A DNA stretch of 64,000 nt from Octopus vulgaris (lineage: Eukaryota), in assembly GCA_951406725.2 (NCBI GenBank), contig OX597814.1, forward strand, positions 95,852,001 to 95,916,000, written 5' to 3'. Of this stretch, positions 63,861 through 64,000 are shown in pieces. A program made the translations under genes and the position numbers. The notes beneath the pieces are model-generated. The model searched no databases. It was not told the DNA's origin and was given only the letters and a program-made list of their open reading frames with translations. Within the stretch, counting starts at the first letter, position 1. The number at the start of each line of letters is the position of its first letter.

Positions 63861-64000
63861 ATCTATCTTCTATATATATAAAACTGAGAATGTGTGTCTG
63901 TCTGTCTGTGTGTTTCCCTAAAACTTGAGAGCTACACAACCAATTTCATTCAAATTTTACACATGCCTTACTTAGGGTCCATGTAGTGTCATGGGCAAAA
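63861..64000 (+). mobile_element. Helitron-like 5' end running off the window
   Basis: TCTATCTTCTATATATATAAAA...gtgtgtctgtctgtctg, same architecture as 8520. Confidence 0.55.

Overview
AT-rich, repeat-dense, intron-containing animal genomic DNA. The SINE and RTE repeat complement suggests an octopod cephalopod; this is inferred from recognition, not from a search. Three conserved spliced genes can be reconstructed by hand, mostly missed by the ORF track: (1) the 5' end of calpain-7 (CAPN7; MIT-domain exons, minus strand, running off the left edge); (2) a complete 9-exon LanC-like gene (LANCL1/2 co-orthologue, 400 aa, plus strand, 12682-27847); (3) a complete COQ10 gene (211 aa, minus strand, 44939-40965) that needs a GC-AG intron. 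The rest is transposon debris: two tRNA-type SINE families, RTE, Tx1/L1, CR1/L2-like, R4-like and Penelope-like retroelements, Helitrons, Tigger, mariner and maT transposases, MITEs and microsatellites. I found no convincing new multi-gene system. The best leads are RNA-level and rearrangement features: a duplicated out-of-frame splice acceptor in LANCL, a GC donor and uORF-rich leader in COQ10, a 51-bp intronic hairpin, a Penelope-type hammerhead ribozyme, Helitron insertions whose empty sites can be reconstructed, and two transposons with internal inversions.
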